Counted from the stretch's first letter, positions 24,429 through 37,745 are shown. The stretch: 64,000 nt of DNA from Rhynchobatus australiae (GCA_034780895.1 JAUZTB010000011.1:20060894-20124893), one strand, 5' to 3'. Notes: generated from the sequence alone by a model not told the origin. Translations and numbers: made by a program.

Positions 24429-24507
24429 GGGGTAATTTTGATGTTGGTGATGGCTACTGATCCAAAATGGTCACTTTTACACTATCACCTAAAGTCAAAA
24501 GTAGTCC
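24429..24507. mobile_element. Tiny hairpin-like ancient MITE relic
   Basis: Imperfect inverted ends ggggtaattttgatgttggtgatgg and ctatcacctaaagtcaaaagtagtcc. Confidence 0.5.
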
Positions 24508-26124
24508 TAATCTCCCATGTAACAGATCTCCAAAGATCTTTTTCATAATTTATATTGATGCCACATTATTGGAACAGTTAATCTCCAGTCCACCCCTCCT
24601 GCAGCTGGATGAGTACATTACACACATTAGAATTTTCAAACCACCTGCAGTCCTCACACTTTATCCAGCACACAGTATGAATCAGTTGAATTAAACAGTG
24701 TTCTGAAGATAAAGGAACAAGCAATGATTTACTTGTTGAAGATTTGATCTCAATCCTATAAACCCTCCAAACACATAAAATGGACGAAAAATAGTGTTAA
24801 AATTCTGCTAAAGGTGAAAGGGTTAAAACATTTCCAGAATATCTTCACATTGTACATTTGTAAAAATTGGCAATGTGACCCCAGAAATCTAATTGATCAT
24901 CTACTGAGCGTTAAGGTTCCAGTAAGGGTACTAATAGATTGCCCAGAAAGCAAAAAAAAGCACTATGGGGGCAAAACCTACAAACTAGTCTGTTAAGGCT
25001 TCTTGTATAGTTGTCCTGAAAGTCACTATTAAGCATTGTAGACATTAGAATGATAAAACCACAAGTACTGTTAGTGCTAATCTTATTCATATTTATGTAT
25101 ATATGATTTAATATGTGAATTATAATATTGTCAGAGATTTAAATGAAAGATAGCAACACTTAGATGACTAAAACAGGATTGAGCCTTTGTTTAAGTTGAT
25201 TTTACTATTGGAAATTGAATGGAAACCCTAATTTTATAAGGCAAACAACTGGGGACAATGGGCATTGAAATGTGACAAATGCAGCACAGCTGAAAAAAGC
25301 CTTGAAAAACAGCATTGCCTTTTACACAACCCCAGCTTATCTACCAGGAAGGTTATTACAGGAAGCCTTTTTTGATTTCCAGAAATGTTCCCAGAATTGA
25401 TACTTTTTTTTCAGTACTATATCGCTCTACATGTCCAACAGGCCAATTTGAATTAATAGATCTAATGGGACAACTATATTACTGCATCTTGCATAACTCT
25501 GATAGTATCACTGACGTATCTGTGTAATTTGTATCAGAAAAAGGACTGTAATCACTGAAATCAGGCAAATAACTGAGGAATAAAACTTGTTTTGTCTAAT
25601 ATTTGTATAATACAAAGACTCATTCTTTGACCAAATTACTGCAACATAGCCAATTGAGTTTAAAGTGCATCATGAATTTGACAAAATTGCATTTGGTACT
25701 TCTTCAGCCCTTTTCCTAATTAACAGAGAATCACTTTAAAATATAATCATGACACAAAAAGGTTAAAACGCAACCCAACTACACTTTTCTTGGACTTTGC
25801 TGCATAATTCCAACTGTTTTTGAAGCAAAAGTCTAATCATTACCAAACAAAGAGCACTTATTTACTGTTGCTAAATATTAATTAAACTTGTGACAGAACA
25901 ATACCTGTCCAGAGAGAGGATATCCTACGTTACTTGCAGTCTGTGAAATGCTGGATTCCTTTTACTGCACTATCTGTGAGACTGAAACAACTTATACCAT
26001 ACATTGCTGCTTTAAGCCTATGGAATTTGAAGTTCTGCATGCTCAGAAGCCCACTACTTCTTTTGCATCCCTAAATTTTTCAGAGTCTGCATGCCAGAAA
26101 TAGCTTCTGCACATTAACACCAGA

Positions 26125-26290
26125 ACTTAAGAACACAGGAAATAGAAGCCTGCCTCTTTTGCCTGCTGCACCATTCAATAAAATCACAACTGATCTTTTA
26201 TCTCAGCACCATTTTCCTTCACTAATCCCATATCCTTTGTTTCCCAAATAACTGAAAATCTACCAGTTCCTGTGTTGAATATAATAATGG
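26125..26290 (-). mobile_element. CR1 3' end
   Basis: aagaacacaggaaatag..gcctgctgcaccattcaataaaatcac. Confidence 0.65.
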
Positions 26291-26886
26291 GAGCGAAATA
26301 CCACAAAATATCACCACAGGGATTTTGGAAAGCTAAGCAGTTGGATTTTCACCATGTTATGTGTCAAATGGCAAATTACAATGGTAATGAATTGCAAAGT
26401 CTCATTGATCCCCAGGGTATAGTCATATTCCAGTAATGGTGTATTATACTTTTTGTACATTTCTGGAGTTCTGCTTTTTATTTTTGTTTGTCAGTTTTAA
26501 AGTTAAAAGACAAAAGAAGAGAGCCCTTCAGCATCATAGATGTCATATCTTCATTCAAAAACCAATTCTTCTGCAAGAAACTCATGAGCGGAGAAATTCA
26601 GCTTTCCATATATGTGCTTTGAATATGAACTAAGTGAGAATTCTGGTCCCATGCCCCAGAGCAATATTGTCACAAATTAGGCCGCACTGCAACTTGACCT
26701 GCTGCACCCCCTACTGACTGATGCTTGGAGCAATACCACCCTTAGTAATCATGGAGGAGTCCATATACATTCTCTTAAAGACTGTCGACACTCAAATCAT
26801 CCAGGGATGGACTGAGGAGTCAGCCAAACAATTAAGTCAGTTAAAATCAAAACCTTAACAGATCTGAATCTATTTTACAGCCAACA

Positions 26887-27468
26887 CAATGCGGTTGTAC
26901 AGGACACTGGTGAGGCTGCACTTGGAGTATTATGTTCAGTTTTGGTTGTCCTGCTACAGGAAAGAAGTTATTAAACTGAAAGGAGTGCAGAAAAGATTTA
27001 CAAGCATGTTGCCGGCACTTGAGGGACTGAGTTATAGGGGGAGGCTGGACAGTTCGGACTTTATTCCTTGGTGTGTAGGAGACTGAGAGGTGACCTTACA
27101 GAGGTGTATAAAATCATGTAAGGCATAGATAGGGTGAATGCACTCTGTATTTTTCCCAGGGTTGGGAAATCAAGAATTAGAGGGCACATGTTTAAGGTGA
27201 GAGGGGAAAGATTTAATAAGAACTTGAGGGGCTACCTTTTTACACAAAAGGTGGTATCTATGAAGAACAAATTGCCAGAGGAAGTGGTTAGGCAGGTACA
27301 ATAACAACATTTAAAAGAGAGTTGGACAGGTACATGAATTGGAAAGGTTTAGAAGGTTATGGGCCAAACGCTAGCAAATGGGACTAGCTTGGATGGGGCA
27401 TTTGGTCAGCATGGACCAGTTGGGCTGAAGGGCCTGTTTCAATGCTGTATGATGCTATGACTCTATGA
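26887..27468 (+). mobile_element. CR1 LINE ORF2 C-terminus + 3'UTR
   Basis: Peptide LYRTLVRLHLEYYVQFW..YRKEVIKLKGVQKRFTSML; tail ctatgactctatgac. Confidence 0.92.
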
Positions 27469-27502
27469 CACAAGCCGCATTTCTTGAGCCTAAATAAATA
27501 TA

Positions 27503-27865
27503 TCATAAGAAATACGAGCAGGAGTAGGCCATTCAAATCCTTGAACCTGCTCTACCATTCAATAAGATCATGGCTGACCTGATCTGATATTTGGTCTAAA
27601 CTCAACTTTCCTGCACAATTCCACAAAGTCATAAAATCTCTCTTAAAATAATGACTCAGCATCCACCAATCCCCTGGGAGAGAGAACATCGAAGAATCAC
27701 AACCCTTGGAAAGGAAATTCCTCCTCAACTGAGTCTTCAGTGGATAATCCTTTTTCCAGAGATTAAGTCCACTAATTTTACACTCCCCACCAGGGAAAAC
27801 ATCCTCATATCAATTTCCCTGTTGAATTCCCTCTGAATCTTGGATTATTTAATTAGATTTTCTTT
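27503..27865 (-). mobile_element. CR1 3' end
   Basis: cataagaaatacgagcaggagtaggccattc..gaaattcctcctca..cagggaaaacatcctc. Confidence 0.8.
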
Positions 27866-27928
27866 GAAGGAGTGGGGGAGATCATACAGCCATCTTTTCT
27901 CAGTGTACATAACAAAGGTAAGTTCAAA

Positions 27929-28322
27929 ATTTTTATACTTCAAATATAAACTTTATTCATAATAAAAAATATATACAAATACAAATGAAGAAACATTGTA
28001 CATAGCTCTTTACATTGGTAGTGTTCAGTCTACAGTTTCAGTGTTGTTGGTTCTATACATCAGTAGTGATAGCACATTTCTAGGTACATAACACCATTGC
28101 CACTCGTGGCCCCCTGGGGCTATACAAACTTCAGTTGTTTGAGGGGTTTTCACACCACATCCAGCTCATCAATGTCCAGTGGTCGAAGAACCTTAGACTG
28201 CAGGCCTTCCCCACAAAGCCTTTGCGCCAAGCTTCAGTGCGTTCCTCAGCATGTACTCCTGCAGCCTGGAATGTGCCAGTTGGCAGCATTCCCTTACAGA
28301 CATCTCTTTGTACTGGAAGAGC
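27929..28322 (-). mobile_element. 5'-truncated Tx1/L1-clade LINE with TSD
   Basis: C-terminal peptide LFQYKEMSVRECCQLAHSRLQEYMLRNALKLGAKALWGRPAV*, 3'UTR with AATAAA and an A-rich tail. TSD 16/18: aacaaaggtaagttcaaa (27911-27928) / aacaaggataagttcaaa (28323-28340). Confidence 0.8.
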
Positions 28323-29379
28323 AACAAGGATAAGTTCAAAGCAATTTGCCATGAAGTAGATGCATATTTTAATGTAGAACATTTGTGCCCAAGCCTTTTT
28401 ACTCTGCATCCCAAGTGTAGCCCTTTATATTGAGGGTGAGGGTGATGCTGGTAAAGTCACATTACAACTCATCACTAGTTGCCCTGAGAAATTGGGTGTT
28501 TGTCTTCTTCTTGAATTAGTACAATCCCAGCAGTAAATATATTCCTCTAATTTCACTTTAAGATTATGCAGACAATCAGGACAACATTGTACAGCTGGAT
28601 TCAACTCATTATGACACTGAAAGAAAGGATACAACACAGCACACTAGTTCACAGAGAGAATTTTCAGTCTTAGATCCCCATTCTAGGAAGGTTTTAATTG
28701 GTTCTTAGTACAAGGAAAAAGGAAGGTCTCGAAGAAAAATCAACAGTAGCTACTCCCATTGGACTAATTACAAAATAAACCTAGATTAAAGGTGCTGAAG
28801 TCGGCAAACTTGAAAGGAAACTACAAAAACAAATTTAAAAGCCTGGGTATTCAAATCATTGATAGAAGTTTGCAATTAAAGGACTTGACCTTTTGTCTTT
28901 GAATGCTGAATATAATGAAATGGTCTAATAAAGAAATAGTCTGATTATTTTGAAGAACAAAAGATGATTGAAAATATGAATCAGGGAATCTTAATACCTC
29001 TTTGTACAAAATATGGAATGGGCTGTAGGATATGAGCTTCATTCAGTAGAACTTTTGCATTCCCTATAATAGATTTTCATGCTGCAGATAAACCATTCCT
29101 GCAGACTTCAACCATAATGTTGGCAAGAGTGACAGGAAAGGCTAGACCCAGAATTGGCAAACTCCAGTTTAACACAACAGATTCTGGTTGCTTTGGCTGG
29201 TGAAGGTAGCTACTGAGAACTCTAAGAAAACACAGTAAAGAAAAGGATGGAGATTCTTTACACCCAAAGTTTGTTGTATTTCCAGTCTTAAAGAGAAACA
29301 GTGTGGCTTTAAACAGCACCAGCAAATCCTGTATAAAGGGGAGCATTTAGTGGCACATCTCAGCTGCATTACAAGATGC

Positions 29380-29690
29380 TACGGGGGGCATGACAGAGTA
29401 GATGTTGAGATGTTTCAGGGGGAAATCTTGAACACAAGGACAAAATTACAAGATTAGAGGCGGTCATTTAAAACCATGGTGCGTTGGAAATTCTTGTCAC
29501 AGAGGGTGGCGAGTCTTTGGAATTCTCTACCCCAGAGGGTAGTTGAGCCTGGATCATCAGGGGTACTTAAGGTGGAAATGGGTGAATTTTTAAAAGATTA
29601 GGGAATTGAGGGCTATTGAGAACTCTTACAAAAGAAGAGGTGAGGACTGTGGCTGATCAGCCATCATCATATTGAATGGTTGAGGAACTC
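29380..29690 (+). mobile_element. CR1 3' end
   Basis: cagagggtggcgagtctttggaattctctaccccagaggg..gatcagccatcatcatattgaatgg. Confidence 0.8.
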
Positions 29691-30134
29691 ACAATGTGGA
29701 GAACCATTTTCAACTTACATGGCATGTAGCTCTCTAGATTCTTTAAGGGCTTATTTACATCGAAGGACAATAACCTAGTGAGCTTTGGCAAGATCCTGAG
29801 CAAGAGAATCAAAGCTTTGGCTTGTCAGGGAAGGACTAGCAATCAGCCTTTAATTTCAGTGTGTAGATGGCCTGTTTCTGAACTGGAAGCCTGTTTATTT
29901 TTTGACAACACCAATGTGATGGGCAACACACTTTAACATGTAAAGAGTCAGTGCTTCTTGTCATCCACAATGAAAACTCCTGTTGAACAGACTCAGCACC
30001 ATTCATTTACATGGCCATCATGTCTAATGTATATAAACAATGGCTTCATACTTTCATTTTCATATTGAAAGGGGAACTTAAAGATTTAATATGGCTTTTC
30101 CTTGTTTTTGCTCATTTCAGCTAGTTATAAATGT

Positions 30135-30455
30135 TTCTTTCTCATGGGTTTTGGATGTTACTGCCAGCATTCACTGCCCTTGCATTGAATGGCTTCCTGA
30201 ACCACTTCAAGCACATTATTTGGACCTGAAGTCACACATAATCCAGAATTAGTCAGAACAGATTTCTTTTCTAAAGAAGAACCAGATGGGATTTTATGAA
30301 ATTTAAGTTGCTTCAAATTTGCTACTACTGACAATAGAATGTTAATTTCTGTTTAAACTAACAAATTGATTTAAAACTTCCTAGTTCCCATGATAGATTT
30401 GAACTCTTATCACTCAATTGTTCATTGAAAAACTCAGCCATTATGCCACTGCCAC
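30135..30455 (-). mobile_element. Old tRNA-derived SINE with CR1-like tail
   Basis: gatttgaactc box B-like motif near 30400; similar to the reverse complement of the 49755 copy. Confidence 0.5.
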
Positions 30456-30721
30456 CCAGGCATGTGGTAATCTTATTTTCAGACTATTTTAATATGTTCC
30501 TCTCTGAGGCAGTAGAAATTTTAGCATAACTTGCTAAGTTGTTTGATTTTCAATCATATTTCCAGACCCAGTATGACTTCAACTCACTATCAAAATGAAT
30601 GTGATCACAATATTATTAAATGGTTTGAATGATGGGATATGATTGCACCTCAATGTAGGCAATAAAACTTTCTGCTGGAATATACATAGAGGATGAGGTT
30701 GTTAGACATTTGTTGCTAAAA

Positions 30722-30990
30722 TAGAATCATTGAGTCATAGAGCCAAATGGCACAGAAANNNNNNNNNNNNNNNNNNNNNNNNNNNNNNNNNNNNNNNNNN
30801 NNNNNNNNNNNNNNNNNNNNNNNNNNNNNNNNNNNNNNNNNNNNNNNNNNNNNNNNNNTGGCACAGAAACAGATCCACTCTGACCATCAAACCATACAAT
30901 AATCCTACAATAATCCCATTTTATTCTTCCCACAGACAGCACTGGAGATCAGGACTGAACAGGGTTACTTGAGCTGCAAGACTGTGCCAC
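30722..30990 (-). mobile_element. HE1-type SINE fragment (contains a 100-N gap)
   Basis: tagaatcattgagtcatag..taatcccattttattct..cagacagcactggagatcaggactgaac. Confidence 0.6.
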
Positions 30991-32896
30991 TCCCACAGTG
31001 TTGGTTCTGACAGAAATGAAACATTTGCAATTATCCCATTATTCATGTTCTCAGCACAAATTTCTGGTTGGTTTTGAAGGAACATCTCATATCAACTAAG
31101 CACCAATCAAGGCATGAGCTGGAGGTGGATCTGACTGAAATGAGAAAGGGACTATCCCATTCAAATAACCTTTAATTTTAAAAGTGCAGTTTAGTCATAA
31201 TTGAAATAACTTTAGTTCTGCTACCCAGGTTCTCAATCCTCTTTCTCCATTTGCACCTTCTCAAATGACTCATGTTAGTAGCTTTTTTCTTTGATATAGC
31301 TAACACTATAAACCATAAATGACAGAGAATTGAGACAGAGAATATGGAGGAAGAGGGGAAAGAATTCTGTTGAGAGACTTTACTTTGCCTTAGTTGAGCA
31401 GAAGTGTGCATGGAACTGTGTATCTCTATAGCTGCACTCTGTACATGTACCACATGCTGAATAATAATCTTAAACACTTATCTTCCACTGCAATCAAAAT
31501 GAATGTTCAATCTAATTTAGAAACTACAAGCTCCTTTTAATTCCCTAAAGAGAACTTTCTTCATTGCAAATATAGTTAGTTCAGTTATTATCAAATTAAT
31601 TTGCAAATATACATCTACTGAGGAAATAAATCGATACTTTCTTTCCAAGGTCTGAAATGGCACCAGTTTCAATCAGAAATGCTCTTAAATGATTGGTAGG
31701 TAATTATAGACATGAAATGGTGAACTGCTCACTTGTCAAAATCAAAGGCCAAGATATATCTCCATAATCTGCATCAAAAAGGTAACACTCCCATGTTACA
31801 CATATTTTATCTGATGTCAAGCATCGAGCATGAGATCTTACAACTCACAACTAACTTTTCTGACTTTAGTCACAATTCTCTTAATGTCAGAGTGTTTGAT
31901 CAGAATGATAAAAGACTGGATGACGTGGTTATGAAAGCTTGTATTTGTTAACCAGCCTAAAGGAACAGGCCAAGCAGGCAAGGTGGAAAAAAAGAATGAG
32001 CAAACAGACACTTTCATAGTTGGCGGTACTGCAAAGATGTCTTACATTATACATTATTAATGTTTCATAAAATACTGCAGGACTTTATAGGCTACATGAA
32101 TCAAAGGCGACTGAAAAAATCCTTGATAAATAGCACCTACAGAAAGGAACTGCAAAAACATCAGTACAGGGAATCCCAACTTAAAAGCATTGGAAAAATA
32201 CAAGCCCCTTCATGTTTAAGGTTCCATTGCTGAAGAAACCATGTGATTGTGTGAAATTCAAAACTGATGATGAACAGCAGGAACTTAACAAATATAGAAA
32301 GAAAATGCTGTATCTTGTTGATAATTCTATAGTCTTTCGTTGGCACAAATACCAATATGCACCAGAATCAAATTAGAATCATAAGTTAGAATCGGAGAAA
32401 TACAAAATGCATCCAAATGCTTCCATTAATTAAACTACAAGGTAAGATGATGGTTAGTGTTAACTTCTTAATTAGGATTGATTAAAAAAGCATGCATAAT
32501 ATTGTACTTTTTATTTACAGTTGTCATTGTACATTGCTTTCTGTACATTGGGTAAAATCAATGAAAATTTTAATGAGGGTGAGGCGTATCAATCTGTTGC
32601 CCACCAGATTAACTCTTAGAGTGAAGGATTAAGAATGTTGCCAACCTCTCCGCATCATACATTGACCTGACATCCTTGCAGATGATGTTGCAGTCTGTTC
32701 CTTGTCTGCACTTTCATGTTGATATTGTAGAAATGTAGGCGATAGGTCTAAGATCGCAAGTTTTTATTCACTGGCCTTCTGGTGTTGCACAGAGAAATAA
32801 TCCTCCTATAAATGCCAAACATACAGGTCTATTTGGGAGATATGTGGACCAGTTACCTTCAAGGGCTATAGGCAGGAAATAAGAATGAGCCCTATG

Positions 32897-32940
32897 AATT
32901 GCTTAATATTAAGCAATTAAGGTATAAACTTATACCTTAA
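32897..32940. repeat. Two abutting inverted repeats
   Basis: Perfect 22 bp palindrome aattgcttaatattaagcaatt (32897-32918), then ttaaggtataa-ac-ttataccttaa (32917-32940). Confidence 0.95.
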
Positions 32941-33996
32941 GTCTTTCAAGTTTTCAAAAGGTGGTAAAGATTGGGTAAACTTAGGTGGACCAATAGTCCG
33001 GCAAAACAGGGATGTTATGACTGTTGAGCCTTAACATAATCTGAGCTAGTTGCCCAATACCTTACACACAGCACATGAGGTTGGGTGAGGAAGAGATATG
33101 GAAAAGTGTGCAAGGAGCTCAAAATATTCAGTTCTCCACTCGTGCCTCTTGACAAAATAGGAACCTTTAAACCAGCTTTGCTACTGAGCAGAGAAAAGGA
33201 GCGGTAACGAGGTAATGCCGCAGAGTTGCTTTATTTAACAAAAATCCTTTGGAAATTCCGTTGCAGGCAGCCACTCAGGAGCTGAGGAACATTCTGGGTG
33301 CATGCAGCTAAAATGACAAATTTGTGCTGTGGACCTAGTTGTACACAAGAACAAGAAGTTGTACACCTGGCACCAGGAAGGTTGCTACAGTAAATGTACT
33401 CTGCATTTCTGCCAGTGTGCCTTGTAATAGATCTTATCAGTCCTTCACCGTAAACTTAGTAGAATATCACAGAGGAAGAATACACAGGGATCTTGCATTC
33501 ATTCAAGTACTTCCCAAGTATTTAGTCTAGTCCATCCTTTGCCACATCAATGTACACAACAGTGGGAACTATTATAATCTACTTCTTGCTCAAGACAGAA
33601 TTAATAGTTCTTTTAGTCTCAAGGAATTTAGATCAAAGGTAGAAAAATGAATTTGTAATGTAAATTAATCATGTTTTGCAAAGCTCTCCAATTTCTCCAG
33701 TGTTCTCCAATTTTCTTGTAATACCTTGCACAGTCAACCAAATCATCCTTCTCCAAAATCTTGCAACCATTGCCCTGACACATGGGATTGGTCTTAACTG
33801 GTTTGGCTCTGACCTGTCCAAGCATTATCCAGAAAGTTATCCAAGATATCTTTGCTATAATTTCCTTACAGAAACTTCACAACTAACACCTATACAGAGA
33901 GGGAATTGGCACAGTTCATTTTCAATATCAGTTAAATATCTTCTTTACCTGCAATCTAGAGAACTGACTGCAAAATGGTTTTGAAGTATTCATTTA

Positions 33997-34770
33997 AGAG
34001 TCATAAAGGTATAAATTTATACACCTACAGAGGCCGGCTCTTCAGTCCACTATGTCCATGCTAATCGTCAAGTAGCCATCTTCACTTATCCCACTTTCCA
34101 GCACTCACTTGGTAGGCCTCAAAGCCTTGGCAATTCAAGTGTTTGTCCAGATATTTATATAATGTTGTGAAAGTCTCTGTCTCCACCCCTTCAGGCAATG
34201 CATTCCAGATTCCAACCAAAAGTATCTTCCTCAGATCATCTTTAAACCTCCTACCCCTTACCTAAACCCCATGGCTCTGGTGCCTCTGCTATGGGAAAAG
34301 TTTCCTACTGAAGATCCTCCCAGGGTTATGGCAGGGTTCCTGCGAACTGTTCGTAACCCGAACAGCTGGCACGTTGGAAATGCCGCTGACATGCAATATA
34401 TTTAAATAAAAACCAAGCGTGTTCAATTCAACCATTCAGATTTCTCTGCAAGATGCAATGCTATTGCCATGAACTATGTTCCCACCCAACAGAAGATGCC
34501 TGCAGCCATGCAGCAGCTGACAACTCCATTCCACCCGTTTCCCAAATGCTTGTTCATTTGTATGGGCTGTCCATAAGTTAGGCATTTGCAACTTGTACCT
34601 ACCCCGTCTATACATCTCATAATTTTGTATACTTTCATCAGGTCCCCCTCCTCAGCTTCTTTTACTCCAAACAAACACACTCCCTAGTGCAATCACGTCC
34701 TTCCTGTAGTGTGGTGATGATAACTGCAGACAATACTCCAGTTCTGGCCTAACCGATGTTTTATGAAGGT
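33997..34770 (-). mobile_element. CR1 3' portion interrupted by a MITE
   Basis: Antisense peptide EGDLMKVYKIMRCIDGV; caggcaatgcattccagattccaacca. Confidence 0.8.
34311..34595. mobile_element. Tigger-like MITE, second copy
   Basis: aagatcctcccagggttatggcagggttcc..gaactgttcgtaacccgaac; shares cccaccca..agaagatgcc.gcag and gggctgtcca.aagt.aggcatttg with 442-830. Confidence 0.75.
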
Positions 34771-35096
34771 GACCCTTTTTGTTTGTTAAGAGCAGGAAGG
34801 TTGTGGTAATTCCCAGTTCTACTATAATTCAACATCTTTGGCTAATGAGGTTTGCTGCCACTGTGTTATAACAGTTCATTGTAACCAGGAATAATGAAGA
34901 AAAACCCAGCATAGATTTTCTCTAAAAATATAAACCGAAGGGTGTAACAGTGTAATATTTTTCCTATTTAATGCTGTTTGAGGTGTGGTTTATCATTTTT
35001 GGCATAATATTCTGTTTTGCTAGTTAATAATACAATATAGTGCCAGCTAGCAATTTTCAATATTGTTTTTAATGGGTCAATTAGTAGTTTGACCAT

Positions 35097-35496
35097 CTTG
35101 GCTCAGTGGTTGCATGCTGCTTCTGTGTTGAAAGGCTGTGGCTTCTGCCTCTTTCTATGGCTCCATGTGCGTAATCATGGTTACACATTGGTATGCCATG
35201 GAGGGGCTCCTGCATCGATGGTTGTTTGTTGGTTGAGATATTATACTGAGGCTCTTCTTCTCAAAAGTAAGGGGAAACGCTATTTAACCAACACCAACAT
35301 CATACACCAACACCACTAGAGAAAGATTATCTGATCATTTACCTCCTGGCTGTTTGTGGAGACTTGCTTTGTTCAAAATGCTGTGGCATTTTCCTACATA
35401 AAAGCAATGAATGCTCATCAAAAATAATCCATTAGCTGTGAAACACTATGGGACATCCTGAGGATATGGAAGGTGCTACACAAAAGAAGTCTTTCT
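35097..35496 (+). mobile_element. Near full-length Deu-domain SINE
   Basis: Head tggctcagtggt, body gattatctgatcatt..gctgtttgtggagacttgct, L2-like tail gggacatcctgagg..aaggtgctac. Confidence 0.7.
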
Positions 35497-37212
35497 ACAT
35501 AATAATCATTTTACTCCAATGGACACCTTTGCGTAAGTTGTCTTTCTCTGTTTATATCTAAGATATCATTGTTTAGATCCAACAGATGCAGATAATTTAT
35601 ATTCTGTGCTTTCATTATTTCCCCAACCTTTTTGGGTCAGTTATCATTGTTATTTGCCAATGTTGGAACTGACTTCCAATAGACCAGATATCCTTAGCTC
35701 TCGGGATAGGACTAGTGGTTAACTGCTCTCACGTGGTTTCAGTCTGTACATGAGTATTTTTCCTCACCACTGAGAGCTGTTCCTCTTCAATACAAACCAT
35801 AAGTGCCAGCTGTCCAAATGAGTTGCTTTCAGACCCAGAACAAAAGCCTTTTGTTCTTTCTTGCTCTCCCAGCTTCAAGCTGAGGTCATTACCAGCCATT
35901 GACCATTCCTCAGGTTTAAAAGAAAATGCAGCAATTTTAAAATTCATTTTCAGGACCTGGGCAGTACCAGGAAGGGCAGCATTTATTGCCCATTCCTAAT
36001 TGCCCTTGAGATGGTGGCGGTGAACCACGATTTTGAACTATTGCTGTCCTCCTGGTTTTTGCATAGGGAACTTGAGGATTTAAATCCAGAAGAGTCAATG
36101 ATATATTTCCAGATCAGGATGGTGTGTGATAAGTGACGGTGTCCCCAAGCGTCTGCTGCCCTTGTTCTTCCTGATGGTTCAGATCACAGGTTTGGGAAGT
36201 GCTGTCTGAGTGGTTTTGGTGAGTAGATGGTACGCACTGTAGTCATTCTGTGATGATGGTTCAGGGAATTAAAACTTTGGAAGTGGGCTACTTTGTCGTG
36301 GATGGTGTTGCGCTTCTTGAGATTGATGATGCATTCATCCAGGTAAGTGGAGAGTATTCCATCATGCTTTTGACGTGCCTTGCAAATAGCCTGAGGTGTC
36401 AGGAGGGGAGTCACCAAACCTTTGACCTGCTCCTATTGCTACAATTTTTGTGTAGTGTATGAGTTATGGTCAATTGAGTTTCTGGTTACTGCCATCCCTC
36501 CACCCCTAAGATATTGATGGTTGGGGTCTACACAATGGTAACACCATTGTTCTGGCCGAGGTGAACTGGGATCAAAAATTGACAGGAAGAACTGTAGCAG
36601 AATAATAGCTGCCTGTAAGGAACATTCAAGTCCAGTGGAGGCAGATTCTTATAAGGGCAAATGAAGAGCTAACAAATTCAGAGCTCCATGGATAATGAAN
36701 NNNNNNNAAAGGAAGCTAAGGTCAAACAAAAAAGGCAGCTTATGACAATTGTGGAGTTATAAGTACCAGCAAGAACCAAGCTGATTACAGGGGAAGTGAA
36801 AACTAAAATAAGAGAATCAAAGGAAATGTATGAGAAACGATTAGCTGCCAACATAAATTGGAATAATAGGCACATAAATATTAAAAAAATAGTACATGGA
36901 GGAGTGGGGCCTATTAAGGACAAAAATAGGAACTTGCACATGGATACTGAGGCATCTACATTCACTGGGAAGAGGGTGTTTTAACACTAATAGTTTTAGT
37001 TTTAGTTGATAGTTGAGACATTAGACATGTTAAAAACTGATAATGTGATTACACGGAAGTTGGCTGAATTTAAAGTGGGTATACCACCACAACCAGATGA
37101 GATGCATCCTTTGATTTTGAGTGAAGTATGGGAGGAAATCACAGAAGGTCAGCGCATAATTTTTCCATTCGCTTTGGATATGGGGGTGGTGCAAGAGGAC
37201 TGGAGAATGGCT

Positions 37213-37363
37213 GAAAATCAAAATGTGCAGATGCTGAAAATCTGAAATAAAAACAGAAAATGCTGGAAACACTCAGCAGGTCAGGCCGCATCTGTGGAGA
37301 GGAGAACACAGTTAACATTTTAGGTTGAAGACCATTCATCAGGATCGGGTAAGACACTAAGAA
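37213..37363 (-). mobile_element. Hammerhead-bearing Penelope-type mini-insertion with TSD
   Basis: Minus strand reads ctgatga a tggt-cttca-acct aaaa tgtt aactg. TSD actggagaatggct / actggagaaaggtt (37199-37212 / 37364-37377). Confidence 0.8.
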
Positions 37364-37745
37364 ACTGGAGAAAGGTTAATGCTTTGTCCTTGATCACAAA
37401 AATGGAATAGGGGTAAAGACTGCAAGTCAATCACTTTAACTTTAGTTATTGGAAAGCTTTTCAGAACATTGATCCAAGACAGGATTAATAGTCACCTGGA
37501 AGAAAATGTGTCAGTTAAGGCAAACCCGCATGGATTTGTTAAGGATGAATCATACTTGATAGAATATTTTGAAGAGGTGACAAATTGGGTTGAGGAGGGT
37601 AGTGCACTTGATGCATAGATGAACATCAGATGGCTTTTTCATAAAGCTCCACAGAACAGGTTGTCAGCAAAGCACATGGCATAAAAGGGGCAATGTTGGC
37701 TAAGTAACAGGCAACAAAGGGTCATGGTTAACACTTGTTTTTTTT

